A DNA stretch of 39,937 nucleotides from IMG/VR virus record IMGVR_UViG_3300042310_000377, positions 1 through 39,937 of that record, one strand, 5' to 3'. Shown one piece after another: positions 15,685-24,253 of the stretch (position 1 is the first letter of the stretch; every line of letters begins with the position of its first letter). The position numbers and the translations under genes were made by a program. The DNA comes from a virus (Duplodnaviria > Caudoviricetes). The notes beneath the pieces are model-generated. The model had not been told where the DNA came from. It searched no databases and saw only the letters and a program-made list of their open reading frames with translations.

Positions 15685-17025
15685 ATGACACTCGAAACAA
15701 CACTATTACCAACTGAAATCATACTCGACACCAGCCAGCAATCAGCAGTCAACACGATGCGACGAGGCAGGAACGTTTTTCTCACAGGCAATGCCGGCAC
15801 AGGCAAGAGCACGGTGATTACGCAGTTCATTGCCGGAAATAAGAACTCGATCACGGTGACGGCCACCACCGGCATTGCCGCACTAAACCTGCGTGACCAG
15901 CTTTACGCAAATTCGGGGGTTAGCATGATCGCCAACACGATTTATCGGTGGTCTGGTATTGGGCTTGGGCCGCAGCCACATGAGGACGATGAACAATGCT
16001 GGGACCGACTTTGTTGGGAAATGTCGAAGCCGCCGCTGAGCATTTCAAGGAAGAATGCCTTTGAACGCATTAGAAAATGCGAATGCTTAATCATCGACGA
16101 AATCAGCATGTTGCCTGGCCGAACGTTCCAGTTTTTGGAGTTCCTATGCCGCAAGCTGCGCGGCAATAATTACGCTTGGGGCGGCATTCAGGTCATCTGT
16201 GTCGGGGACTTCTTACAGCTCCCGCCGGTGAGTAAGACAGGGAAGTACGACTGGGCTTTTCTAAGTTCAGCATGGAAGATGACCGATTTTGAGCACGTCG
16301 TACTTCAAAAGATCCATCGACAGGACAATGACGTGTTCAAAGATCTGCTGAACAATGTCCGCATCGGCACGATCCAGCCGCGTCACTCCGAGATCATGGC
16401 CAAGCGTGTGGCGCGTTTTCCGCGTGCTGACTTGCTCAGGCTTTTTACGCACAATGTGCAGGTCGATAAATACAACAACATGATGCTGGAGGGTATCGAG
16501 GAGCCATTGCACGTGTACCGCATGAGCAACAGCGGTCATGCAGCCTGCGACTGGATGATCAAGAACATGCTGACACCTGAAAAGCTGCAACTAAAGGTCG
16601 GAGCACGAGTGATGGTCACGGCCAATCTGACAGAGAAAAACAGCGGTGGAGCATTAAGTGCCGTTAATGGAAGCCTCGGCACGGTGTGCAACTGCGAAAG
16701 AGACGAAGTGACGGTCAAGCTCGACTCCGGCGGGTTCCTGCATGTAGGGGATTACAAATGGAACATCGACCCCAGCGACGACAATCAAGGCTGGGTCATG
16801 CAAATCCCGCTCAAGCTCGCATGGGCGGCCACCATTCACAAAAGCCAAGGGCTTAGCCTCGATTCTGCACTGATCGACGTTCGAGCAACACGAGAGCCGG
16901 GGCAGACATACGTCGCACTCAGCCGGGTACGCTCTCTAGCCGGTTTGTATTTAAAGGACGTTTTTAAAGGCGTCTGGGTATCGCAGGAAGCCATTCAGTT
17001 CACAAAATCCATTTCACAGTCATGA
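15685..17025 (+). CDS. Pif1-like SF1B helicase
   Basis: GNAGTGKS, IIDEISM, GDFLQLPPV, LAWAATIHKSQGLSL, YVALSRV. Confidence 0.92.
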   Translation: MTLETTLLPTEIILDTSQQSAVNTMRRGRNVFLTGNAGTGKSTVITQFIAGNKNSITVTATTGIAALNLRDQLYANSGVSMIANTIYRWSGIGLGPQPHEDDEQCWDRLCWEMSKPPLSISRKNAFERIRKCECLIIDEISMLPGRTFQFLEFLCRKLRGNNYAWGGIQVICVGDFLQLPPVSKTGKYDWAFLSSAWKMTDFEHVVLQKIHRQDNDVFKDLLNNVRIGTIQPRHSEIMAKRVARFPRADLLRLFTHNVQVDKYNNMMLEGIEEPLHVYRMSNSGHAACDWMIKNMLTPEKLQLKVGARVMVTANLTEKNSGGALSAVNGSLGTVCNCERDEVTVKLDSGGFLHVGDYKWNIDPSDDNQGWVMQIPLKLAWAATIHKSQGLSLDSALIDVRATREPGQTYVALSRVRSLAGLYLKDVFKGVWVSQEAIQFTKSISQS

Positions 17026-19535
17026 TCACTATCGAAAATTCACACCCGCAGGAAGCCGAGGTTGCAGGCACAGCCGAGGCGCAGATCACATGGTTTCCAG
17101 AAGCAACGGCGGTTACGCCAGTCCGCACTGGATCGCTCCAAGAATACATTCAGCAGATCAGAAGCGGCACGTATCAAGACCTCGTGCTGAAGATCAGGCA
17201 AGCAGCAGCCGCAAATGAGACAGCAAAAATGGGAATGCTTAAAAGGCGCCTGCCGGCGGCCACCTTGTCTTGCAGTATGGTCAGCCGCTCCAAGAACGCG
17301 CCAATACGGGCACGAACACACAGCGGGTGGCTGCAGTGCGACTTTGACGGCAAGGAGAACCTAGGCCTATTACAGGACGAAATACGGGCACGCCTGCAGG
17401 GAGACCCACACGTCGGCGCCGTGTTCGTCGGGCCGTCCGGCGTTGGCATCAAATGCGCCGTTCGTATCGACGGAACGCGGCACCTTGCCAGTTTTAACAG
17501 TGCCAAGGAATACTTCGCCAAGGAATACGGGCTGCAACTCGACAAAGCCTGCAAGGACATTGAACGCTTGTGCTTTTTGTCGTTTGACCCCGAAGCATGG
17601 TGCCGACAAGGCGGGACGCAGGTTCTGCCAGTGACGGAAGAAGCGGAGAAAGAGGTGGTGCGCGCTAAGCCGGTCAATACAGATCTGACACCATTTGCAG
17701 CCGAGCAGCACGACATGAGCATCTCGGATGTCCGGGAGATCCTGACTTATCTGCCGAAACGACCCGATTACGATACTTGGCTGCGGGTCGCATCTGGCGT
17801 GTTTAGCGTGCTACCGCTTGGGGCCGCATGTGCGGTGTTGAACGAGTGGGCGCCGGAAGAGCACCCTGGGGAATACGAGAAAAAACACAAGAACAGGCTT
17901 AAGAACGTGACCATTCGCACGGTCATTCACTACGCGCAGCAGCACGGGTTTGACGCACGAGCAGCGGCAAAGCGCAAGACATGGATGGGGCGCCTGATCT
18001 TTGGCAGTACTGGGGCTTCGCACTCGGATCTGCTGGAAGGAGACCCAGAACCGCCCGATCTGACCGAAGAGGAAAAGCAGGTCGTCGGTGAGGACGGCGG
18101 CATGGATTTAGAAAGTGTCGTAAAACTTTACACACGTGAACAAGTGGGTGATGCAACGGTCTTTTTACGCAGCGGGTGCAATGATTTTGCATACGACCCG
18201 TTGTCACAGGTTTGGCGGAAGTACGCGGAGAATACCGGGCTCTGGACGAAGGACAGCGTGGGGAGCACAATCCACGATATGTCCGCCCGCATCATCTCAG
18301 CCTATGATGTGCTGATTAGCGCAGCGGAGGCCGAGGCTAAAGCGGCCAAGAACAAGGAAGTGACAAAGGCCAACATGGCCGAGATCCAGCAGATGCGCCA
18401 ACGCTGCGGGAGCTTGCAGAAGGCGCCGTACATGGCCAACGTGCTTGGGCTGGCACAACGCTTTGATCGGTTGTGCCGGCCAGCGACCGAGTACGACCAG
18501 CATAGGCACTTGCTCGGGCTCAAGAATGGCGTGTGCGTGGATTTTAAAGAGAAGAAAGTGCGGCCAACCGAAAGAACCGACCTGCTCAGCGTGGCGTGTC
18601 CGGTCGTTTACGATGCTGACGCAACGTGTCCATACTTTGATGCGTTTATCGAGCGAGCATTCGGTGGAGATGCGGACATGATTGATTACTGGTGGCGAAT
18701 CGTCGGCTACAGCCTGACCGGATTCGTCGATCATGATGCGCTCTTTTTCTGTTATGGTTTGGGAGCAAACGGCAAAAGCACAGGCTTGATGGCGCTTCGG
18801 TATTTGCTAGGCGACCAGCTAAGCACCATGGTGGATGTGAACACGCTTCTCGGCACCAGCGGCGATGCGACGATGGACTATAAAAAGGCAATGCTCGAAG
18901 GGAAGCGCCTGATTATTACCGACGAGCTGCCAGACAACAAGAAGATCAATGAAAGCATGGTGAAAGGGCTGCTAGGCGGTGAGGACATTGTGGCACGCAG
19001 GCCGTATGAGCGTCCTTATACCTTCTCACCAACGCACAAAATCTGGATGGTCGGCAATCACAAGCCTAAGATTTCTGGCGTGGACCACGGCATCTGGAGG
19101 CGGATTCACCTGATACCGTGGGAAGTGACCATCCCAGTGGCCGAGCGCAAACCACGGTCGGAGATCTGGGACATCTTCAAGAAGGAGCTGCCTGGCATGT
19201 TGCTACGTGCCATTGATGGTTATCTGGACTTTGAAGAACGTGGGGGGCTGTGTCCGCCGGCAATGGTCAAGGCTGCAACGGAAGAATATCGCATGGAAGA
19301 GGACAGCCTTCAGCAGTTCATGAGCGAACGAGTGATTGAAATGCCGGGTGCGCATTTTCCGATGCGTGACCTTTTCACCGAATACAAGAACTGGTGCGCC
19401 GCTTCCGGCGAAACGTCCGTGGTCGATACTGCAAATAAGCTCACCAGAGCACTCAAACAACCGCCTTATAATATTTCCATTGGCTATGACAGTTCAAAGG
19501 TAAATGTGATGCAAAACCGCATTTTGAGGAGCTAA
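17022..19535 (+). CDS. Primase-helicase (VirE-N-like primase, PriCT-2, D5/P4-type SF3 helicase)
   Basis: CDFD, GPSGVGIK, KDIERLCFLSFDP; DYDTWLRV; YGLGANGKST, GNHKP, GIWRRI. Confidence 0.88.
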   Translation: MITIENSHPQEAEVAGTAEAQITWFPEATAVTPVRTGSLQEYIQQIRSGTYQDLVLKIRQAAAANETAKMGMLKRRLPAATLSCSMVSRSKNAPIRARTHSGWLQCDFDGKENLGLLQDEIRARLQGDPHVGAVFVGPSGVGIKCAVRIDGTRHLASFNSAKEYFAKEYGLQLDKACKDIERLCFLSFDPEAWCRQGGTQVLPVTEEAEKEVVRAKPVNTDLTPFAAEQHDMSISDVREILTYLPKRPDYDTWLRVASGVFSVLPLGAACAVLNEWAPEEHPGEYEKKHKNRLKNVTIRTVIHYAQQHGFDARAAAKRKTWMGRLIFGSTGASHSDLLEGDPEPPDLTEEEKQVVGEDGGMDLESVVKLYTREQVGDATVFLRSGCNDFAYDPLSQVWRKYAENTGLWTKDSVGSTIHDMSARIISAYDVLISAAEAEAKAAKNKEVTKANMAEIQQMRQRCGSLQKAPYMANVLGLAQRFDRLCRPATEYDQHRHLLGLKNGVCVDFKEKKVRPTERTDLLSVACPVVYDADATCPYFDAFIERAFGGDADMIDYWWRIVGYSLTGFVDHDALFFCYGLGANGKSTGLMALRYLLGDQLSTMVDVNTLLGTSGDATMDYKKAMLEGKRLIITDELPDNKKINESMVKGLLGGEDIVARRPYERPYTFSPTHKIWMVGNHKPKISGVDHGIWRRIHLIPWEVTIPVAERKPRSEIWDIFKKELPGMLLRAIDGYLDFEERGGLCPPAMVKAATEEYRMEEDSLQQFMSERVIEMPGAHFPMRDLFTEYKNWCAASGETSVVDTANKLTRALKQPPYNISIGYDSSKVNVMQNRILRS

Positions 19536-19544
19536 AATAGCAAT

Positions 19545-19690
19545 TCCCGGTAAACCGGTAAATCCGGCAAAGATTCCCAACCTTTTTATATTTTGGCCAC
19601 TTTCATTTTGTCAAAATTCCTAAAAGCCTAGGAAAACAGCCTTCATTTACCGGTTTACCGGGATATTATTTATTCTCTTTATAAAGAGAG
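19545..19690. other. Probable replication origin: 19-bp perfect inverted repeat, iteron-like CCGGTAAA and an AT-rich palindrome
   Basis: TCCCGGTAAACCGGTAAAT (19545-63) / ATTTACCGGTTTACCGGGA (19645-63); CTCTTTATAAAGAG; directly after the primase gene. Confidence 0.6.
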
Positions 19691-19874
19691 GAGAGATTAT
19701 GGTAATTAAAGAAAGCTTTTGCAGGTTTAGCCGTTTTTGGCCGTTTTTGCCTTCCCGGAGCACTGCCTTTTCTCTCGTGTAGCGCCGCGATTTTCCGCAA
19801 CGATTTTTGATAGGGGTGCTAATGATCACTGTTTAATTGAGTTAAAAAAACTATAACAAGCAAAAGGATTTATA

Positions 19875-20315
19875 ATGAAGGAAGAAACTAGAAAAGGGCC
19901 AACACAATATGCTTTGAGGATGGAAAAACGCCGTCTTGCTAGTGCGGCCAGAGTGAGGGAATTGCTAGATAAAGCGGACAAGGCGCAACAAGAACGCAAG
20001 GAGGCTTCCTTGCAGAGACAGCGCGAAAAAGCCGCGATCGAGCGCGAATTGGCGAAAATCACGCAACCTGCCGACAAGGCGCAGTTTGCAGTGCACAAAA
20101 AGCTAGTGCTGCAAGCGACCGCCAAAAACAAAGCAGGGAAGGCCGTAGGAGAGTGGACAGACCTTGATGCGAGACATTACGGCGAGGACATCAAGAACGG
20201 CCTAGAAATGGCAATGTGGGCCAAATACAGGGGAAGCAGCGGACACGCTCATCGGATCGTGGAAAGAACCGACTTGGTGCTTGTGATGCCGGGCGAATTG
20301 CGGTGGAAGAAGTAG
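19875..20315 (+). CDS. Hypothetical basic coiled-coil protein
   Basis: 146-aa ORF. Confidence 0.6.
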   Translation: MKEETRKGPTQYALRMEKRRLASAARVRELLDKADKAQQERKEASLQRQREKAAIERELAKITQPADKAQFAVHKKLVLQATAKNKAGKAVGEWTDLDARHYGEDIKNGLEMAMWAKYRGSSGHAHRIVERTDLVLVMPGELRWKK

Positions 20316-20319
20316 ACAT

Positions 20320-20363
20320 AAAAAGACCCCTCCAGCCTGAAAAGACTGGAGGGGCTCCCCTTT
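20320..20363. terminator. Terminator between convergent genes
   Basis: CCCCTCCAG/CTGGAGGGG stem; T tract on the minus strand. Confidence 0.7.
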
Positions 20364-20382
20364 ATCAGTTGCCCAATTTTCC

Positions 20383-20649
20383 TTAGCGCGGAAATAACGC
20401 ACCATCGGGCTCAGTGTCAAGAGCGATGCGCGGCAGTAGTTCGCTATCCTCGGTGTCTTGGCGCTGGATTGGGCGTGACGGGCGGTCGGGCGGGGGAGCG
20501 ATAAAGATCGGGGTATCGCTGGCCGGCGTATCGTAAGGGTGCAGGAACACGGTCGGTTGGCGGTCGGTCAGTCGGGCTTCTAGGCTGATGATCCAGGTGA
20601 AGCTGGAGGCTTGGGTGACGAGGAGCGTGATGAGGAGTGCGTTTTTCAT
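20383..20649 (-). CDS. Small membrane/secreted protein
   Basis: MKNALLITLLVTQASSFTWIISL hydrophobic N-terminus. Confidence 0.55.
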   Translation of the reverse strand: MKNALLITLLVTQASSFTWIISLEARLTDRQPTVFLHPYDTPASDTPIFIAPPPDRPSRPIQRQDTEDSELLPRIALDTEPDGALFPR

Positions 20650-20716
20650 ATTGGGGTGGTGGTGGTGGGTGGTGGGTAGTGGAAGAAACGGGAGGGGATG
20701 GGAGGGGTTTGGTTTA

Positions 20717-21004
20717 TTAGGCTGCGCGCTCGCCAAGCGTTGGGTTTTTGGCATAAAGCCAAGCAGGGCAGAACCACATCACCGAAGGCGCGTTATTGGT
20801 GTAAAAATCATTTTTTAGCTGCTTGAGTTGGCTTTTGGGAAGCCAGATAACGGCGTCATATGCGTTGCCATAGCTGTTATATTTAACACCAGAAAAGCCA
20901 AGGGCTTTTTCGGTTTCACGTACTGGGGATTCAATCACAAAGCCAACTTTAAGAGCGCCAGCGGCGATATACTGGGAGACTGTGGTAAAGCTGAATGATT
21001 TCAT
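20717..21004 (-). CDS. Conserved phage hypothetical protein (ETEKA...WLPKSQ type)
   Basis: RETEKAL, IWLPKSQ, PAWL motifs; has its own promoter. Confidence 0.7.
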   Translation of the reverse strand: MKSFSFTTVSQYIAAGALKVGFVIESPVRETEKALGFSGVKYNSYGNAYDAVIWLPKSQLKQLKNDFYTNNAPSVMWFCPAWLYAKNPTLGERAA

Positions 21005-21051
21005 ATTGGAGTGGTTGGTTGCGCCTGCCGTGATTGGCAGGCTGTGTTGTC

Positions 21052-21080
21052 ACTATACGCCATCGAGGTAGAGCCGTCAA
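21052..21080 (-). promoter_or_regulatory. Near-consensus sigma70 promoter
   Basis: TTGACG-N17-TATAGT on the minus strand. Confidence 0.85.
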
Positions 21081-21108
21081 CGGATAATTGCATTATTTTT
21101 TCTTTTAT

Positions 21109-21306
21109 TTATTCGGTGTTCATCGCATCACGTAACGCATCGAGGATCATGCGTTGCGACCAGAGCGGCGGTTCGCTTGCTCCGCGTTCCCATTTCTCAA
21201 TCATTCGTACGCTGAGGTGGGGGATGAGAGCGGCGCACTGGGTTTGAGTGAGCTTGTGCAAGATGCGGAATGCGCGAATGGCTGCGGGGAATGAGTTACG
21301 TTGCAT
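21109..21306 (-). CDS. XRE-family HTH regulator
   Basis: LTQTQCAALI...SVRMIEKWERG..EPP. Confidence 0.85.
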   Translation of the reverse strand: MQRNSFPAAIRAFRILHKLTQTQCAALIPHLSVRMIEKWERGASEPPLWSQRMILDALRDAMNTE

Positions 21307-21315
21307 AGGGTGACG

Positions 21316-21343
21316 ATGGTACGCTGGCGGAGCAAAGCGTCAA
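21316..21343 (-). promoter_or_regulatory. Sigma70 promoter, near-leaderless for the XRE gene
   Basis: TTGACG-N16-TACCAT; ATG 9 nt downstream. Confidence 0.7.
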
Positions 21344-21450
21344 TAATTGGTTAAATGGTGTTCAATTGAATCAGGTATTTACGATTTTAACGTAAGAACT
21401 AGGTATAAGGTGTTCAGATGTTTTTTACGGTTGGCGCGTAAAATATGTTA

Positions 21451-21463
21451 TAAGTCGTTGATA
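21451..21463 (-). promoter_or_regulatory. IHF consensus site
   Basis: TATCAACGACTTA matches WATCAANNNNTTR, in an AT-rich intergenic region. Confidence 0.55.
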
Positions 21464-21671
21464 CCCACCCCAATATGGGAACCCTACGCCGTTTTGGTTT
21501 CTGGCAGGTTTCCGCCTCGCGCGCACAATTTCTACTTATACAATTTTTTTACATTTGTTTTTTTACGCAAACTATTTGCGTTATGGCCGGATTTCGCCAT
21601 CCTGACGCATCGACACCGATCACCCAGTTTTTCAAATCGCCGCGCCTGAATACGTCGAGGCGCCGGAAGAC

Positions 21672-22106
21672 GTGCTTGCCGAACGCATCGTCCGGCGGTG
21701 GCGGCAACATGCGGATCTGAGCCGCGCGCAGGCCATCGACATCGTCAAAGCCGAGTACGTGCGCTACCAGATCGAGCGGGAAGCGCGGGATCTCGATCAT
21801 TACAGCTACGCCAAGGGGATCAGCGCCGTGCTGGCCTACATCGCGGACAGCGCAACGCCGATGGTCGAGCTGGATGCGGTCGCCTACTGCTACGGGCTGA
21901 TTGGCCGGGCCGAAGAATCAATGGACCAGATCGCAAAGCGCCATCGGATCAGTAAGCAGGCGTTCAGCAAGAAGGTGGAGAAAACGCTGGAGAGTTTTCA
22001 CCTCAAACCCAAACACGGGATGCGGCCACAACCGCAACGCCGCATTTACGAGTCAGTGCACAACGCCAAGTGGCAACACATCGAACAGGACGCGCCAAGA
22101 TCATGA
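21672..22106 (+). CDS. HTH protein (sigma region-4-like); candidate late regulator; start uncertain
   Basis: ESMDQIAKRHRISKQAFSKKV. Confidence 0.6.
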   Translation: MLAERIVRRWRQHADLSRAQAIDIVKAEYVRYQIEREARDLDHYSYAKGISAVLAYIADSATPMVELDAVAYCYGLIGRAEESMDQIAKRHRISKQAFSKKVEKTLESFHLKPKHGMRPQPQRRIYESVHNAKWQHIEQDAPRS

Positions 22107-22573
22107 CCACTTACATTGCAATCGACCCAGGGGTAAACGGCGGCATCGCTTGGGACGGAGCCGCGCTCCCTTCCTGCATGGGGATGCCAAGTAGCGACAC
22201 AGAAATCGCCGAAGAAATCCACAACCTTTCTGATATACTTTGCTCTATTCGGGACAACCTCAAATTTATCATCGAGGACGTGCCGAAGTTCGTAGGCAAG
22301 GCGCTGCCAGGATCGACCATCTTTCCGCTCGCATTCAACTGCGGCTTGGTTCGAGGTATCGCGGTATCGCTGCAAATGCCAATCATCCTAGTCAGGCCGC
22401 AAGACTGGCAAAAGCATTTCCGTCTTGGCACCAAAGGAGACACCAGCGGCACGACCGAGTGGAAGAACAAACTCAAGGCCGAAGCTCAGCGGCGATATCC
22501 ACATCTCAAGGTGACGCTTAAGACAGCAGACGCGCTTCTGCTGCTGGCCTACGCACAAGAAAAACAACTCTAA
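22103..22573 (+). CDS. RuvC-like Holliday junction resolvase
   Basis: IAIDPGVNGGIA, IIEDV, PQDWQK, ADALLL. Confidence 0.85.
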   Translation: MTTYIAIDPGVNGGIAWDGAALPSCMGMPSSDTEIAEEIHNLSDILCSIRDNLKFIIEDVPKFVGKALPGSTIFPLAFNCGLVRGIAVSLQMPIILVRPQDWQKHFRLGTKGDTSGTTEWKNKLKAEAQRRYPHLKVTLKTADALLLLAYAQEKQL

Positions 22574-22575
22574 TC

Positions 22576-22776
22576 ATGTTCACACCAATCCAACTAGAAC
22601 CAAAAAAGAACGTCGCGCGTTTTAAAGGAATGCAGGTCGGCGAGGTGCGTGAGTTTGGCACATACACAAAAGCACAAGCGACTTCAATGCTGCGCGCTCG
22701 TATGCGGAAACACATTCACGAGATCTACACGCTCGACACCTCGTCCGTCCCATTAAAATTCCGCCGCGACGCCTGA
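22576..22776 (+). CDS. Small basic hypothetical protein
   Basis: Packed ORF. Confidence 0.55.
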   Translation: MFTPIQLEPKKNVARFKGMQVGEVREFGTYTKAQATSMLRARMRKHIHEIYTLDTSSVPLKFRRDA

Positions 22777-23342
22777 TGCAACTAGCACTACCTAATTTTG
22801 ACACTTTCAGCATAAAGGAGCTGGAGGACTTTGCAGCGGTTGAGCTTTCGATGATGCGGGAAGAGGCACAGACCGCATCGACGATCAGCCAGACTGCATT
22901 CCAGCGCGCTTGGAAAGTAGGGAAGGCGTGCGTCAAGCTCAAAGAAGGAGTAGACGAGGACGAATGGGAAGCATACGCAACCCAGGCAGTGGGCGCTGGT
23001 GACTACTACGCGGTTTATCGGTGTATGCGGCTCGCGCGGATGTCACCGGACAAGCCGCCTCTGCAAAAGACAGGGAGTAGCCAGTACAAGCAACTCCAGA
23101 TCGCGATGGGTCTTGAGTCCGCGCCTAAGACAACACCGCGCAAGACGGACGTTCTCAAGTTTCAGAACCTGATGGCATCGCTCGGCTGCATCAAACGGTG
23201 GTGGCGTGAAGGGCACGTCATTGAGACGCTGGATGCGGAGATGATCGCCGAAATCCTCGAAGACATGCAATTCTTACAAGAAATTTATGAGACACTCCAA
23301 AAGCAGATTTCCGAAACCACCGACACCGCCGCAAGTGGATAG
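22776..23342 (+). CDS. Hypothetical protein
   Basis: TGATG-coupled 188-aa ORF. Confidence 0.6.
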   Translation: MQLALPNFDTFSIKELEDFAAVELSMMREEAQTASTISQTAFQRAWKVGKACVKLKEGVDEDEWEAYATQAVGAGDYYAVYRCMRLARMSPDKPPLQKTGSSQYKQLQIAMGLESAPKTTPRKTDVLKFQNLMASLGCIKRWWREGHVIETLDAEMIAEILEDMQFLQEIYETLQKQISETTDTAASG

Positions 23343-23544
23343 AGAGATTATGCTGGGCGAGGTGCCGAAGCGCATTCAGCAAACCATGGACATCTCACGA
23401 GAGACGGTCGCTGATTCGCAAGAACGACTTGGCGACACTGGCGTGCTCTTACGCGAATGGATTGAGTGGTGCGAGAGCACTGGACGCGCGGCACACGCTG
23501 CGGATCTGATCGAGCGCAGCCGTGCGGAGATGCGCAATCAATAA
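23287..23544 (+). CDS. Hypothetical protein (start uncertain)
   Basis: Fills the gap before terS. Confidence 0.45.
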   Translation: MRHSKSRFPKPPTPPQVDREIMLGEVPKRIQQTMDISRETVADSQERLGDTGVLLREWIEWCESTGRAAHAADLIERSRAEMRNQ

Positions 23545-23548
23545 CAGC

Positions 23549-24253
23549 ATGGATGCAACCACCGCCGAGGACACACAGAAAAAACTGCAAGACCTGCTCG
23601 CGCGGGTCGCTGCCGGTCATCCGTTGTCCTATGCGGAAAGCGAGTTTCTAAAGGGCCGCACCATTCAGCCGAAATATCAAACGCTGAAGGATGTCGCGGC
23701 GTTCTACTCGGTTTCGCCTGAAGCGCTGCGTCGATGGGAAGAGAAGTATCCAGAGGCGTTTATTAAAGGGCCGAACGGCTACGACATCGAAAAGATCAAG
23801 GCCGCGCGGCAGCAGTTTCTGGCCAGCGGCAAGTACACGCGCTTAAACGACGGCGACACAATCAACGTTGAAGGCGTGCAGGACGTGGCGTCGCTTAAGG
23901 CGCGCAAGATCCATCTGGAATGTCAGAAGCTGGCCACGCAGATCGAGATTCTACAGGCGAAATACGTGTCCGTCGATGAGGTGCTGTCGCAGGTCCGGGC
24001 GGTGATGTATGCGATCAAAGAGAAGATCAAGCGCGTGCCACCGGAAATGGCTTACGAGGTAAGTGGTGTTTCACCGGCGGAAGCGGAAGAGCGGCTTTTC
24101 ACCTGCATCGACAAGATTCTCCGAGAGATGGAACACGAAGATTACGTGAAAATCGAGGAGCAGCTTAAGGCGAAGAAGGTGGATGTCGAAATGATGGAAG
24201 TCGAGATTGCGCCGGCTGAGCCAGAGAAACGAGGGCGACCACGTAAAAACTGA
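23549..24253 (+). CDS. terS: Terminase small subunit (Nu1-like)
   Basis: Winged-HTH (LKDVAAFYSVSPEALRRW) plus coiled coil, directly before terL. Confidence 0.75.
   Translation: MDATTAEDTQKKLQDLLARVAAGHPLSYAESEFLKGRTIQPKYQTLKDVAAFYSVSPEALRRWEEKYPEAFIKGPNGYDIEKIKAARQQFLASGKYTRLNDGDTINVEGVQDVASLKARKIHLECQKLATQIEILQAKYVSVDEVLSQVRAVMYAIKEKIKRVPPEMAYEVSGVSPAEAEERLFTCIDKILREMEHEDYVKIEEQLKAKKVDVEMMEVEIAPAEPEKRGRPRKN

Noticed and set aside
2544-19460. Numerous minus-strand ORFs of 60-185 aa
   Set aside because: Antisense shadows of clear + strand genes, with no motifs or promoters
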